Source: Camelus dromedarius (Eukaryota). From it: a DNA stretch of 64,000 nt. The notes under the pieces are model-generated. The model saw nothing but the letters and a program-made list of their open reading frames with translations, was not told the origin of the DNA and ran no database searches. Location of the stretch: contig NC_087436.1 in the NCBI RefSeq assembly GCF_036321535.1, positions 65,660,001-65,724,000 on the forward strand, read 5' to 3'. The position numbers and the translations under genes are program-made. This document shows, piece after piece, positions 41,635-53,484 of this stretch (the stretch's first letter is position 1; every line of letters begins with the position of its first letter).

Positions 41635-41645
41635 TTCCACCCCTT
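41635..41645 (-). promoter_or_regulatory. Polypurine tract
   Basis: AAGGGGTGGAA directly abuts the 3' LTR and overlaps the env stop TAA. Typical ERV-L/ERV-S PPT form. Confidence 0.85.
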
Positions 41646-42490
41646 AGGTCATGGGGACCCTGGCCCATAGAGCGGAAACCTGTGCCCAAAGACCACAGCA
41701 ACAATATAGAGAACAACATCCTGTCACTAAGCAGGTAGCTACAATGGCCAGGACAGTTAGGCCCCATCTCCAGGAGGAGGTTTGGATGACCACCATTCCT
41801 TAAGAAGGTCTCAGTTACATGATCTATGTGATTTAGCTCTTGATCTATTTGTTATAGTGCCTCAGCTACTTCCTTCTGGTGGTCTGGTATATAGATACAG
41901 CATTCGATATGTAACAGAGCACACGTGCCGCCTTGGCTTGCAGTGAGAATATCTAACGCCATCCTGTTTTGTAAGACCACCTTTCACATTTGGGTGGTTT
42001 CATCTAATAATTCCTCTATGGCTTTTCTAGTGACATTCAATGCAGCTGACATGTGCTGAACTAAAGCTTCTACCTGCAACTCTACAATGATGGTCCCAGC
42101 ACCAGGCAGGAACAGGGCCATGGGATAAAACCACCAAGCTGCACACTTTTCACGGTGCCACTGGGTGTGCTGCGGGTCCCAGTTTGCAGGGCGCTCTGTT
42201 AAAGTGGGCCGGATATGCCCAGGCAAGTACGCTTTACCCCAAGTACAGCGCCCTGTCCATTTACCCAGGAGATATGACCATCCATGGGTGCCACATAACC
42301 ATAGATATCCTGGCGGCAGGAAATTGGTGGGTTTTGTGCCAATCAAACACTGTCTGTCCGACCAAGTGGAGGCATTTACATTGCAAGTGATGTGTGGTTT
42401 GGGGCCTCGCTCAATACAGAAGGGGCTTAGACGTGTCAACTTTACATGAACAAGTACTGCCACAGAGCAGGTTCCCCTGCCCTCCAAGTA
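41644..42490 (-). pseudogene. env: env: C-terminal SU plus complete TM of gamma-type envelope, disrupted
   Basis: GYLWLCG...WTGRCTWG. Furin site REKC (probably from REKR). Fusion peptide, then [21 protein letters not shown] and CX6CC (CALLHIECC). After frameshifts, TM anchor WGLTVLAIVATCLV and Cys-rich tail CCSLYCCCGLW, ending at TAA 41644-41646. Confidence 0.93.
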
Positions 42491-43986
42491 CTACTTCTTG
42501 CTTCCCCGTCAGGGACTCAGTGGCTATCAAAGATGCATACGTTGCTGACAATTGTTTCTCAATTAAAGAATAAAGATATTCGGCCTCTTGCCACAGCTGA
42601 GACCAGAACCCTATGGGCACCTTCCGTTGCCCATGCTTTTGCCATAATCCCCAACCATATCCATCATCGTCCACACGGACTGTTAGCCAGAAAGGGAGGC
42701 CAGGATCTATAGTGTGCAGTGCCTGCGCTTGGGCCACTGCCCTCTTAGTTTCTACAAATGCACGTTTGGCTTCATCTGTCCAATCCCAGACTTCTCCTTT
42801 CTTAATCAATTTATAAAGGGGTTTAGCTATTTGGGTCAGATGAGGGATAAACACCCACCAGTATCCAAGAAGACCCAAGTAAATGTGTAACTGTTTAACT
42901 GTCTCGGGGCAGGAATATGCCTGAATCTTGTCTATCACTGCCTCAGGTAACACTTTTGTCCTCGTTCACGGCACACCCCCAGCCCACCAGGGCTTCTCTC
43001 AGTGCTGTGGCACTAGATTCCAAGTCTGAAAGAGAATCAGAGGTTAGCATTATGTCATCTATATAATGGAGCAAACGGACAGTGTCTGGTTTGCTCCATG
43101 TGGCCAGGTCCTGGGCCACCAGGCCATGACACAGTGTGGGGCTGTGCAAATATCCCTGTGGTAACACAACAAACGTCCATTGTCTACCTTTCCAGGTAAA
43201 TGCAAACTGTTCCTGGCTCTCAGGGGCTATGTCTATAGAGAAGAATGCATTGGCCAGGTCACCCACGTAGTGGCAAGTACCCAGTTCATGGGACAGCCAG
43301 TCCATCAAGTCTGTTATATTTGGCACAGCTGCATGCATGTGGGGTGACTTTGTTTAGTTCTTGATAGTCCACTGTCATCCTCCAAGAACCATATGGCTTC
43401 CACACTGGCTACACTGGAGGGTTATATGGGCGATGCATTGGCCAAATAATACCAGCTTCCTCAAGTTTCAAAATAGTCTGTCCTATCTCCTTGTGGCCTC
43501 CGGGCAACTGATTGCCTGACATTCACCACTGGAGTGGCCTGTGGCAGAATCAGAGGTGCATAATGGGGATGCCCATGTATAACTGTTTTCACCAAGTGAA
43601 CTCTCAGGCGAAATTCCCCTTGGGTCGTCTGTATTTGCAATCCTTGTAAAATGGCCATTCCCAGGATATACTCAGCTACTGGGGATATATGTACTTTATA
43701 TGCAGCAGGGGTCAAGCAGCCAATACCCAAAGTCAAAATCACTTGTTTAACTCACATTTGCTTGCTTCCATATTCCTCTATATCAAACCATGGTCCCCAA
43801 AAGTGATCTAGATTTCCATACAATAATGTAATTCCAGCTCCTATATCTACTAATGCATATATCCGCTATCCGTTTGTGGGGGACCAGTGGATAGTCAATT
43901 CAACACATGGCCTCTGATCACCTGGTTTCCCCATGTGGCCTCCAGTTGTGTGGGTTCCCCATGTCCCGGATGCCTTGGCATTCCCC
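42490..43986 (-). pseudogene. pol: pro-pol (protease, RT, tether/partial RNase H), disrupted; integrase deleted
   Basis: RIYALVDIGAG (LVDTGA with T>I), [54 protein letters not shown]. Truncated after TGKQEVVL. Confidence 0.92.
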
Positions 43987-45303
43987 CTAGTCTGGAAGGA
44001 AATCAGTTAAGGGCCACCTCTCGGCTTGTAGAGAGGTCAGCAACAGGGTATATTGTTGCTCAGGCCATAATTTTTTCCACAGGTCCATCAGAATCTCCAA
44101 AGGTTGGCTGTCCAATTTTGCACAGTCCAAGCCAGCAGCCAGTAAGTTGCACCATATTTGTCGGCGACTTACCTTCTGGGGCCCTCCCAAAATTGAGGCA
44201 TTCCTCTTTCTTTGCCCTCACGTGGACTTTCCTTTCTGAGTCACTGCATGGGAGGAGGTCGTGGACTTACCTTGAGTCTTGGCAGCACACACCCCCTTTC
44301 GGCACACCTCCACATCTCCTAGACAAGCCAGAGCCTCAGTTGCCTCATGTACATGGCAGTCTATATACGGCGCTGGTAGTGCTGCCATGGTCCCAATGTA
44401 CCCGCTGGGCCGTTAGCCAAAATCAAGTCCTTCATCTGAGCTGTAACAACTTTGTCATCTGAGCTGCTGAACTGCAAAGCAAACATCATTTGGCGCATTT
44501 CCATTTCTGAGGCAACTTGTCCTAGATCCAAATACGTGGTCCACTTACTCACGTGTTCAGGTAAATCCCCTGTATTATCCCATACAGTGCGCTCAGCAGC
44601 TATCAACCAGTTTATCAACGTATGGTTGCCAGCATTAGCGTTAGACTGGGGAATGTTTTGCAGCCATTGCCACAATAAAGGGATGGTTGTTACACTGGCC
44701 AGCTGGCCCGTCTCCTTCGGAGATAGCTCAGTCTGGTCAGTCCCATCATCCCAAAGGCGTAGTAGACTCACCCATATGCTGTTTACACCGCTTTGCCAGG
44801 TCCCACAATTCCATCGATGTATAAGACGTGTAGGTGGTTTGTCGAGTCACTTGCCGTGATCCCGCAGGAGCTCCCCCCAGGGCCATGGGTTCCTCCAGTT
44901 CCACCAGCTGCCGCACCACGGGTCGTAGACGCAGTGGAATTGGGGGGGGGGGCTGTGCTGGGTTTACCGCTCTTGAAGAGGCAGTGGAACTGGAGCCATG
45001 CAGGCGTCTTTCTGCCACACAGAGTCTCTGCTCAAGTTCTTCTTCCTTGCGCTGTAAACTGCTCCACTTGTATCTGTAATTCTATTTTCTTGGCTGGCAT
45101 GGCATAAGACCGATAAAAACATCCAGGCTCCCGGCCACCTCCCGGTGGGCCTGTGGAATGTTGTTTTCCCACAGCTCCAGAGCTTTCCAGACGTCATCTG
45201 GCTGGGGCGCCACTGTATCCCAATCTTCGGGTGGGGCCCATGCCAGCAAGTAAGCCACTATCGAGTACCATAAAGAGGTGGGGGCCGCGCTGTTTCCATC
45301 CAA
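43987..45303 (-). pseudogene. gag: ERV-L/ERV-S-type gag, frameshifted
   Basis: Fragments LWYSIVAYLLAWAPPEDW, LRLWDDGTDQTELSPKETGQLAS and VSRRQIWCNLLAAGLDCAKLDSQPLEILMDLWKKL (ERV-L Gag C-terminal pattern). No CCHC zinc knuckle. Ends at TAG 43987-43989. Confidence 0.85.
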
Positions 45304-45347
45304 GCTTCCCCAACAGTGGAAGAGGGAACAGAAGGCGGATTCACTTC

Positions 45348-45365
45348 ATCCTGCTGACTGCACCA
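45348..45365 (-). promoter_or_regulatory. Primer binding site complementary to tRNA-Ser
   Basis: TGGTGCAGTCAGCAGGAT lies 2 nt after the 5' LTR. It matches the tRNA-Ser 3'-end complement TGGCGTAGTCGGCAGGAT at 15/18, and two mismatches are CpG-decay type. Confidence 0.85.
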
Positions 45366-45367
45366 AG

Positions 45368-45673
45368 TGTCAGCCAAGGGAGGCTGAAGAGGGACTCGAG
45401 GAGGTGAGCTGCCCAACTGGAATAAGGTGAGAGAAGCCGACATAATGCGCGAGGAGCCGACGTGGAGCAAAACAGCACTTTATTGCAGTACAAGTGGGTG
45501 GCGCGCACAGGTGTATGCACTTGTCCTTTTATAATGCCCACACAAGAATATTGTTCATAATGCTAACTCCTGCTACTAGCACATGCGTATATTTATTTCT
45601 TACCTCATACTCATGCAAGTTACTGTGATCTTTGACCTGGGTTCCAGGGCCTATTCACTTAAGACTGCTGACA
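45368..45673 (-). mobile_element. 5' LTR of ERV-S-like provirus (306 bp)
   Basis: Minus strand runs TGTCAGC...GCTGACA (terminal inverted repeat). TATAAAA at 45527-45533, AATAAA at 45479-45484, followed by the PBS. Confidence 0.95.
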
Positions 45674-48445
45674 CAGGCCTTTGACAAACTTGTGTTAACC
45701 CAGGTTCCAGGCTCAGCTTCAGGCTCAGGGAAACCAAGCTCCAGTGGCACCAGACAGCTCCCATGGCTGGAAGTGGCTTTATTAGTTCCAGCCACTCAGA
45801 ACCTTCTGACTCACCTGGGTGCTGTCCAATCCCAGGAGTGCCATATAGCTCAGTAGCCACCAGTGGCCCCTATAGCTCGGATAAGCTTCCTCTGCTTCAG
45901 GCTCCTTAGAAGTTCATTCTAGCACCAGCCAGCCCCTAAGGCCCCAGGTGGCTCCAAGACACCACCCCAGAATCAGCCATCTCCCAAGGAACTCATGAAC
46001 CTGTGTTCCTGACTCTCAATACTGGCTGGTTCCTGTTGGCCCAGATGGCTCCAAGCAAGTTTCAGCTATCTCAGGCTTCCAGTACATCCCAACACCTATT
46101 GGTCCCTGCAGCCCTGGATTACTCCTCAGGCCCCCAATCAATGCCTTTGAATGCAGGCTTTTAGGGGCACCTCTGAACCCAGGTCATAGCTGGGCCCAGC
46201 ACCAGGGCTCAGTACCACTGTCCCAGACTTTGACCCACCTCAGCACTAGGGTACCCAAGGACTCCAACAGCAAGCCCACCTGCGGACACAATCAGACTGC
46301 CCACCCAGAATCTCTAGAAAGGCTGACTGGTGAAGGGCTTTTTCTGCTGAAGTCAGTCTGTGAAGACTAGAAGAGGTACCATAGTCCTCATATGTGTAGA
46401 CACCAAAGAAAGGTACAGTATTATATTTAACCAAGGAAAAATTACACCACCAAAGAAAACTAATAAAATCTCAATGACTAACCCTAAATAAATGGAGATC
46501 TATGGACTGCTTGACAAAGAATTAAAAATAATTCTCTGAAAAAAATTCAATGGAATATAAGAAATCACACATAGACAACTAAATGAAACTAGGGAAAACA
46601 TGAATAAACAAAATGAAGTAAAAACAAAGAAAAAGAAACAATTTTGAAAAATCAAGCAGAAATCCTAGAGATGAATACTATAATGACAGAATTGAAGAAA
46701 TCAGTAGAGAACCTCAACAGCGCACTCAAAGAAAACAAAAATAGTGAACTCAAAGATGGGCCATTTGAAATCATATAGTCAGAGGATAAAAAAAAAAAAA
46801 AAAAAAAGAAAAGAGTGAAGAGAGCCTACTAGAATCATGGGATACCATTAAAAGAATCTATTCATTACTGGAGTGCTAAAAGAAGGGAGAGAGAAAGGAG
46901 CAGTAGTTTATTTAAAGAAATATTGACTGAGAATTTCCAAAATCTGGAGACAGATTTTGATATCCAAATTCATGAAACTAATAGGTCACCCCAGATGTTC
47001 AAGCCAAAACAATCTCCTTCAACACACATGATAAAGCTGTCTAAAAAAAAAAAATTTTTTTAAAGCACCAAGAGAAAACAAATATCTTCACATATAAGGA
47101 AACACTATCAGGTTATAAGTGGATTTCTCAGCTGTAACTTTGCAAGCCAGGAGACATTGGGGTGATATTAATCAAAGTGCTGAAAAAACAAATTTTCAAA
47201 AACCAAAAATCAAAAGTTGAGGAAGTTTATCATCATGAGACTTGCTTTTCAAGAAACACTGAAAAGAGTTCTTCAAGCTGAAATGAAAGTATACATATGA
47301 AAATTAAAAATACACTGGTAAAGGTAAGTATATGGTTAAATTCAGAATATTCTAATACTCTAATATGATGCTGTGTTAATCACTTAACTCTAGTTTCACA
47401 GAGAAGGATCAGAAGAGACTACTATGAGAAATTATCCAATCCACCAATTTGAATAACCTAGAAGTAATGGGTAAATTCCTAGAAACATACAACCTACCAA
47501 GACTGAATCAGGAAGAAATAGAAAATCTGAACAGACCAATTGCTGGTAAGAATATTGAAATCAGTAATCAAAAATATTCCAACAAAAACAAAATTCCAGG
47601 ACCAGATGGTTTCACTGGTAAATTCTACCAAATATTTAATTAGTACCAAACTTTCTCAATCTCTTCCAAAAATAGAGGTGGAGGAAATTCTCCCAAACTC
47701 ATTCTAGGAGGCCAGCATTACTTTGATACCAATAGCAGGTAAGGACACTAGCAGAAAACTACAGGCCAATATCCATGATGAATACAGATGTAAAAATTCT
47801 CTTCAAAATACCAGCAAACTGAATTCAACAGTACATTAAAGAAATCATACACGTTAACCAAGTAGGATTTATCCCTGTGATACACAGATGGTTCAACACA
47901 TGCAAATCAATAAATGTGCTACACTACATTAAAAAAGACAAAACTCATAGAATCTCAACAGCTGCAGAAAAATCATTTGACAAAATTCAACATTTTTTTC
48001 ATAATAAAAAGCCTTCAACAAATTGGGTATAGAAGAAATCTATCTCAACATAATAAAAGATATATATGACAAACCCCTGGCACACATCATACTCAATGGT
48101 GAATGGCTGAAATTTTCTGCTAAAATAATGAGCAAAACAAGGGCACCCACTCTCACCACTCCTTTTCAACATAGTACTGGAAGTTCTAGCAAAAACAACT
48201 AGGTAACAAAAATAAATTAAAGGTACCCAAATTGAAAAGAAAAAAGTAAACTGTCACTGTTTGCAGATTTGATCATACATGTAGAAAATTCTAAAGACTA
48301 CACCAGAAAACTTGGGACTAACTAACTAATTCAGTAAAATTGCAGGATACAAAATCAACATACAAAACTTAGTCTCACTTCTATACACTAAAAACAAGCT
48401 ATATGAAAAAGAAATTTTAAAAAGCCTCAATCTACAATAGCATAA

Positions 48446-48614
48446 TGGGTGGGGGAGCTGTTATAGCTCAAGTGGTGGAGTGCATGCTTAGGATGTATGA
48501 GGTCCTGGGTTCAATCCCCAGTACCTCCTCTAAAAATAAAATAAATCTAATTACCTCACCACTTCCCTGACAAAATAAAATAATTAAATAATACAATAAA
48601 TAAATAAAAATATT
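48446..48614 (+). mobile_element. tRNA-Ala-derived SINE (camelid vic-1 type)
   Basis: A box TAGCTCAAGTGG, B box GGTTCAATCCC, A-rich tail. 13-bp TSD TACAATAGCATAA at 48433-48445 and 48615-48627. Confidence 0.9.
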
Positions 48615-49149
48615 TACAATAGCATAACAAAAATAAAATACTTAGGAATACATTTAGCCAAGAAGGTGACAGATCTGAAAATTATAGGACATTGATGAAA
48701 GAAATAAAAAAGACACAAATAAATAGAAAGATAGTCTATGTTCATGGATTAGAAGAATTAATGTTGTTAATGTGTTCATACTACTCAAAGACATCTATGG
48801 ATTCAATGCAATCCCTATCAAAATTGTAATGATTTTGTGTAGACATGGAAAGAATAATCCTAAAATTTGTATGGAACCAGAAAAGACCCCAAATAGCAAA
48901 GCATTTTCAGAAAGAAAAAGCTGGAGTCAATGATACCTAAGTAAAGCTAAAAAATCCCAGAAAGACTATGTTAAACTTAAAAGAAAACCTAGTCTAATGT
49001 ATTTTAATATTCTTTAATGGAATACTGTTTTTGGTGTATATGTGTTCCTATGTATCATATAACAGTAACTTTAAATAGCTGCAATTCTTCCTTCCACTTT
49101 TGTGTAAAAGCACATAATAAAGAAGATTATGAAAAGCTATAATTTATTA

Positions 49150-49362
49150 TGTGATTTTAGTAGGCAATATTATAAGGGCTTTACATATATCTATTTATTA
49201 TTACAATCCTATTATTGGATACTATTATTATTCACATTTTATAGACGAGGAAACTGAGGCACACAAAGAATACATAACTTTCTTGTCACATAACTAGTCA
49301 GTGGCAGGGACAATACTTAAGGCTAGGCATTGTGGCTCCAAATCATAAACTCTTAACCCCTG
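49150..49362 (-). mobile_element. MIR SINE
   Basis: ATTATTATTCACATTTTATAGACGAGGAAACTGAGGCAC core. Other MIR remnants near 1420-1660, 13905-14120, 18330-18450, 32800-32975 and 63290-63500. Confidence 0.85.
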
Positions 49363-50399
49363 GAGTAGTGTTTCTTTTCTCATTACTATTTATGGTAATA
49401 CAGTGATCTGTTTTATTTTTTAATTTAAAGCATTTTTCTTTCTTATATTTTCCAAAACTGAAGTAGAATCTGCAACAATTGAATATTAAAAGTTTAGTGC
49501 ATTACATTAAAGAACAAAATTCACCTCAAATAACTAATATATAATGTTATTAGTATCACCCTGATACTAAGAAGAAAGAAATTTGATTTCACAATATCAC
49601 AGTATTTTGCAAAGTTCCTTTTTATTTTAATAAAAAGTGAAAGAACTCAAAGTCTTATGGTATTTATCATATTATATTTTAAATATCTGTCAAGATATAT
49701 TAGAGATAATAATAAAATGCATTCTGAGGGTTTGTTTGTCAAGAATATATTAACAGAATTCTACATATAAATTATTGCAGTGGTAGACTTAAAGCAGATA
49801 TGAGTTATTTAGAATTATAAATTAAAGATATAACACAGAGGGTGAAGCATAAATAGACAGTGAGTTAAATAAGAGCAGGAAACACACTGAATGTTATGAC
49901 AAATTAAAAATCTCTGAATGTTATGACAAAGAAGAAGGAGGAAGAAAGTAGCAAATACATGATATGATTTACAAAAGCAAAATAAATTTTAAAATTTGGT
50001 TATCAGGAACTTGATAATCAAAAAATTACAGATCTTCAGAGTTGTATAAGTTGTTAGAGAAAATTGAGCTTATTTATATTTTGAATTATATAATTCCCAG
50101 AGATCTATGGCATCCAGAATTTTCACAGCATTTTTCTCAAGTGGTGATTCCAAAAAAGCTTTTACCAGCTGTATTTATGAGAAACTTAGTATATTTCAAT
50201 GCAGCCTATTTCATCTTTGTTATTTCTTACTTACAGACATTTTTCCTTAAATTGATACCTAAATTGCTTTCTTTAGTGATCCTATTTTCACCCTAGGGAT
50301 AAAAAGTATCCAGGGCAAATGCTTCTTTTAAATGACAGTCTTACACTGTCATAAGATATGTAGTCAAGAACAACATTGGGTGCATTATAAATGATGTCT

Positions 50400-53300
50400 C
50401 CAAATATCTTTGCCAGCTAACATAAAAGAACATGAAGGAAAAAATAATAATTTCAACACGAAGCTGCACAATTAACATAACTTAAAGATAGATAATGCCA
50501 AATTGCAAAATAGCATTGAAAAAAGCAAAATATCATCAAACTGCTGTGTGTAGCATCTTGGGCTGCCACCCCACCTCAGCCCAGCTGCATGGCTTTGTGA
50601 AAAGCAAATGCAGACAGAAAATTTGCAGGGAAGACAGAAGAGAGAGACTAGTGAAGGGTCATGAGCATGATTTTGAATAGCCACCAAGATGAAATCCACT
50701 TTAAACCAAAACCACTGGGAAAGTGTCTAGATAGATTAAACCAGGGTCTACAGGGAAAGGATTGAATGTATCAGTTACTTGATTAAGCACAATTTAAAGC
50801 TACACATGCTATTTAAAAAAGCCAGTCAAATTTTAAAGGATTGCCCAATTTAAAGATCAGTTCTTACAACACACAGATTCTGTGGGAGAAAAAAAAAAGG
50901 CAAAAAAGGAAGGGAAAAGCATAACCTTTAGCAACTGGTGAGAAGAAAAGTGGGAATCTTAAGGATCTGGAAAAGCAAATGTAAACCATCAATTTGAAAT
51001 TTTCACAAAACCTCCCACATCCCCATAGAAAACTTTTTTTTTTTAATGTGTTACAGTAACTGGACTTTGCTATCCTAACAGAAGAGGGCACCATTAAACT
51101 AATAATTTTATGACACACTTCATTATCATAAAAATAAATTAGAGGAAATTAAAGTTCTTACACAGCTATACCAGAAAACCTAAAAACAAAATTGCCAACA
51201 TATCAAGTGAAGAAAACATCATTAAAAACAGTTATGATTCAAAAGAAAAAGTAAGTCAACATTCCCAGAGGTAAATATACTCATAAAACCACTGAGTATA
51301 TACAAAAAATATTTTAACTCAAAAACTAAACACAAAAAAGGACAAAAAATGGGCTAATGAAGAGAACTTACTGAAATCAGAAAGCTGTGGAAAAAAAGAA
51401 CAAAATATCAGAGATGAAGAATAAATTTTAAAAGTTCCCAAAAGGATTAGACTCATCAAAATTTAATAAAGGACATTGAAGAAAGTAAGAGAAGTAAACA
51501 AAAGAAGGAATATTACAGAAAGAAAAAATTGAGTAGAAATGGAAAGAATTAGCAAGAATCAAACATGTTTAAATCATAGAGTGCCTAAAGATAAAAATTA
51601 AATAATGTTAAAAAACAAAACAAACTACAATCCAAAGCTTTCCAGAAACAGAAGGAAAAAAAGCAAAAACAAATATGGAAAAACTTACAAAGAAAGGTCA
51701 ACTTCAAGTCATATCCTAATACAAGTATTAGATTTCAAACAAAAAAAAATTTATCAAGGCTTCAACGAGGAAAAAAAGATCAAACAACTTTAAAAAGCGA
51801 AAGTAACAGACTCTCATCAGACTTTGCAAAACCTGAATGCAAAAGAAAGTTAACAATGGAGCACATTAAAAATAAATAAATGAAAAAATCTATGAACCAC
51901 AGATGTTATATCTAATCTACCTTTTAAATACCAAGGCTTTAGAAAAAAATTGTTTTCAGCAAACAGGAACTCAGAGAATTCTTCACCTTCAGCCCTTCTT
52001 AGGGAATCTACCACAGTGAATATAATTCAAATGTATGACTGGTGAGAATTTTAAAACATATATAAGGGATGCCAGTGGAAATAGAAAATGGAAAAGCTCA
52101 TTTATATATAGGCAAAAGGTCTATATTAAGGGATGTAACAATAAACGGATAAACTAAGTTGTTAAATGTCTGAGGTCATTGAAAAACATAAGCAAAATGT
52201 AAGAACTAGAAAAAATACAAACCCTCCTGAACAAAAAACAAGTACCAAGCAAATAGACTAATTAAGGGAAAAAAACAATATACATCTTTTAGAGAAATAA
52301 ATGTAGCAAATAAAAAAATACAAAATTATAATAAATATTACTACAGGGTTAGAAAAATCTTATCATTCATAACAATAAGAGAGAATGAACTTCACTTACA
52401 GTTCAAAGAAGATTTTCAAAATGGCTCCCAAAGAAGACCTAACTATACACGAGACACATCTAAATCTAAAGATCCTACTAGAAGACAAATAGGAATCTGA
52501 GTGTTACAACCTTAAACATGAAAAGAACACTTTTGAATGCATAAAGTCACAAGTCCCAATAAAGATATAAAATGTATCAATATGTAAGCATAAAAATAGC
52601 ACATAAATCAACTTAACGATGCACATACAATGAGCAATGTGATAGATAAATATATCAGATAGAAACATGATAATAATAGTAAGTTTTAATATATCATGCT
52701 CAGTGTAAGATAGATCAAGTGGACAAAAAATAGGTAAGGGAAGAAGACCTGAACAACATAATAGGGTAAAATTTATGGATGTATATTGAATACAACACCC
52801 TACACATTATTCTCAAGTGCCTTTAACACATTCATAAAAATAAATCATATACTAGATTAATTATATAAATGAGTCACTTTAATAAAATAGAATATAACAA
52901 TTATACTCTCTGGTTATAATGCATTAAAATTAAAAAATACTTCAAAAACAAAACAGGAAGGCCACTTCTGTTTTTAGCTCTAGCATGTGAAGAGCTTGAA
53001 GGGCATTACTCCTGTTCTTACACTAAGAAAAAAGCCAAGTAAACCGAAAATCAATGATTTTTATTAGACTTACTGGAGAGGTGAGGTAATAGAAATCTGA
53101 AGATACAGGAAAATATACAGAGTCACACCTTGAAATCTGAAGAAACAGGCAAATACAGAGTCAAAACCAAGATCTGATTACATGGGACAGAGTGCTTTAG
53201 AGCTATATACTGGTAAATGCACTTAAATAATAATTTTGACAAATTACAGGAGGCTTAGTAAGGATTAGTGAGACAGTGAGAAAATCTAGGGACTGCACTT

Positions 53301-53484
53301 TTACAAGTGCCCCTATCTCGCAACTTTCATTGATCTTTGCCTCCAAAAGCCTCATAAAGTTCTCTTGGGGAAGAGCCAAGAAAGACCCCCTTTGACTCTG
53401 GCAGCAGGAAGGGGTAAAGTAATCATTTTGGAATATATTCAGAATATTCTCTACAATTAGGGCCTACTCACCAGGGGAAAAGAC
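50400..53484 (+). mobile_element. Ancient L1/HAL1-type fragments
   Basis: A-rich ORF1-like and EN-like decayed sequence. L1M 5'-type segment from ~52960. Confidence 0.5.

Larger units (their letters stand above)
41291..45673 (-). mobile_element. Endogenous retrovirus, class III (ERV-S / HERV-S-like) provirus with internal deletions
   Basis: Paired LTRs (41291-41634, 45368-45673). 5-bp TSD CAGGC at 41286-41290 and 45674-45678. tRNA-Ser PBS and PPT present. Gag, protease, RT (YIDD), partial RNase H/tether and env TM in the correct order on the minus strand. Confidence 0.95.
40620..48935 (+). mobile_element. Old L1 (5' UTR, ORF1, deleted ORF2 fragment) interrupted by the ERV and a SINE
   Basis: GC-rich repetitive 5' UTR at ~40620-41290, resuming at 45674-46390. 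Decayed ORF1 at ~46400-47300. Jumps at ~47400 into ORF2 (NLEVMGKFLETYNLPRLNQEEIENLNRPI, PGPDGFTGKFYQ) and runs through the RT region to ~48935. Confidence 0.85.

Noticed and set aside
41984..42487. Domesticated syncytin-like env gene
   Set aside because: Signal peptide and most of SU are deleted, the furin site is mutated, there is a stop before the ISD and there are frameshifts before the anchor.
42165..45107. Plus-strand ORFs antisense to the ERV (e.g. 43887-44462, 191 aa)
   Set aside because: Shadow frames of GC-richer retroviral coding sequence, with no independent support.
48451..48530. tRNA-Ala gene
   Set aside because: A/B boxes are present, but an A-rich tail and a 13-bp TSD show it is a SINE.
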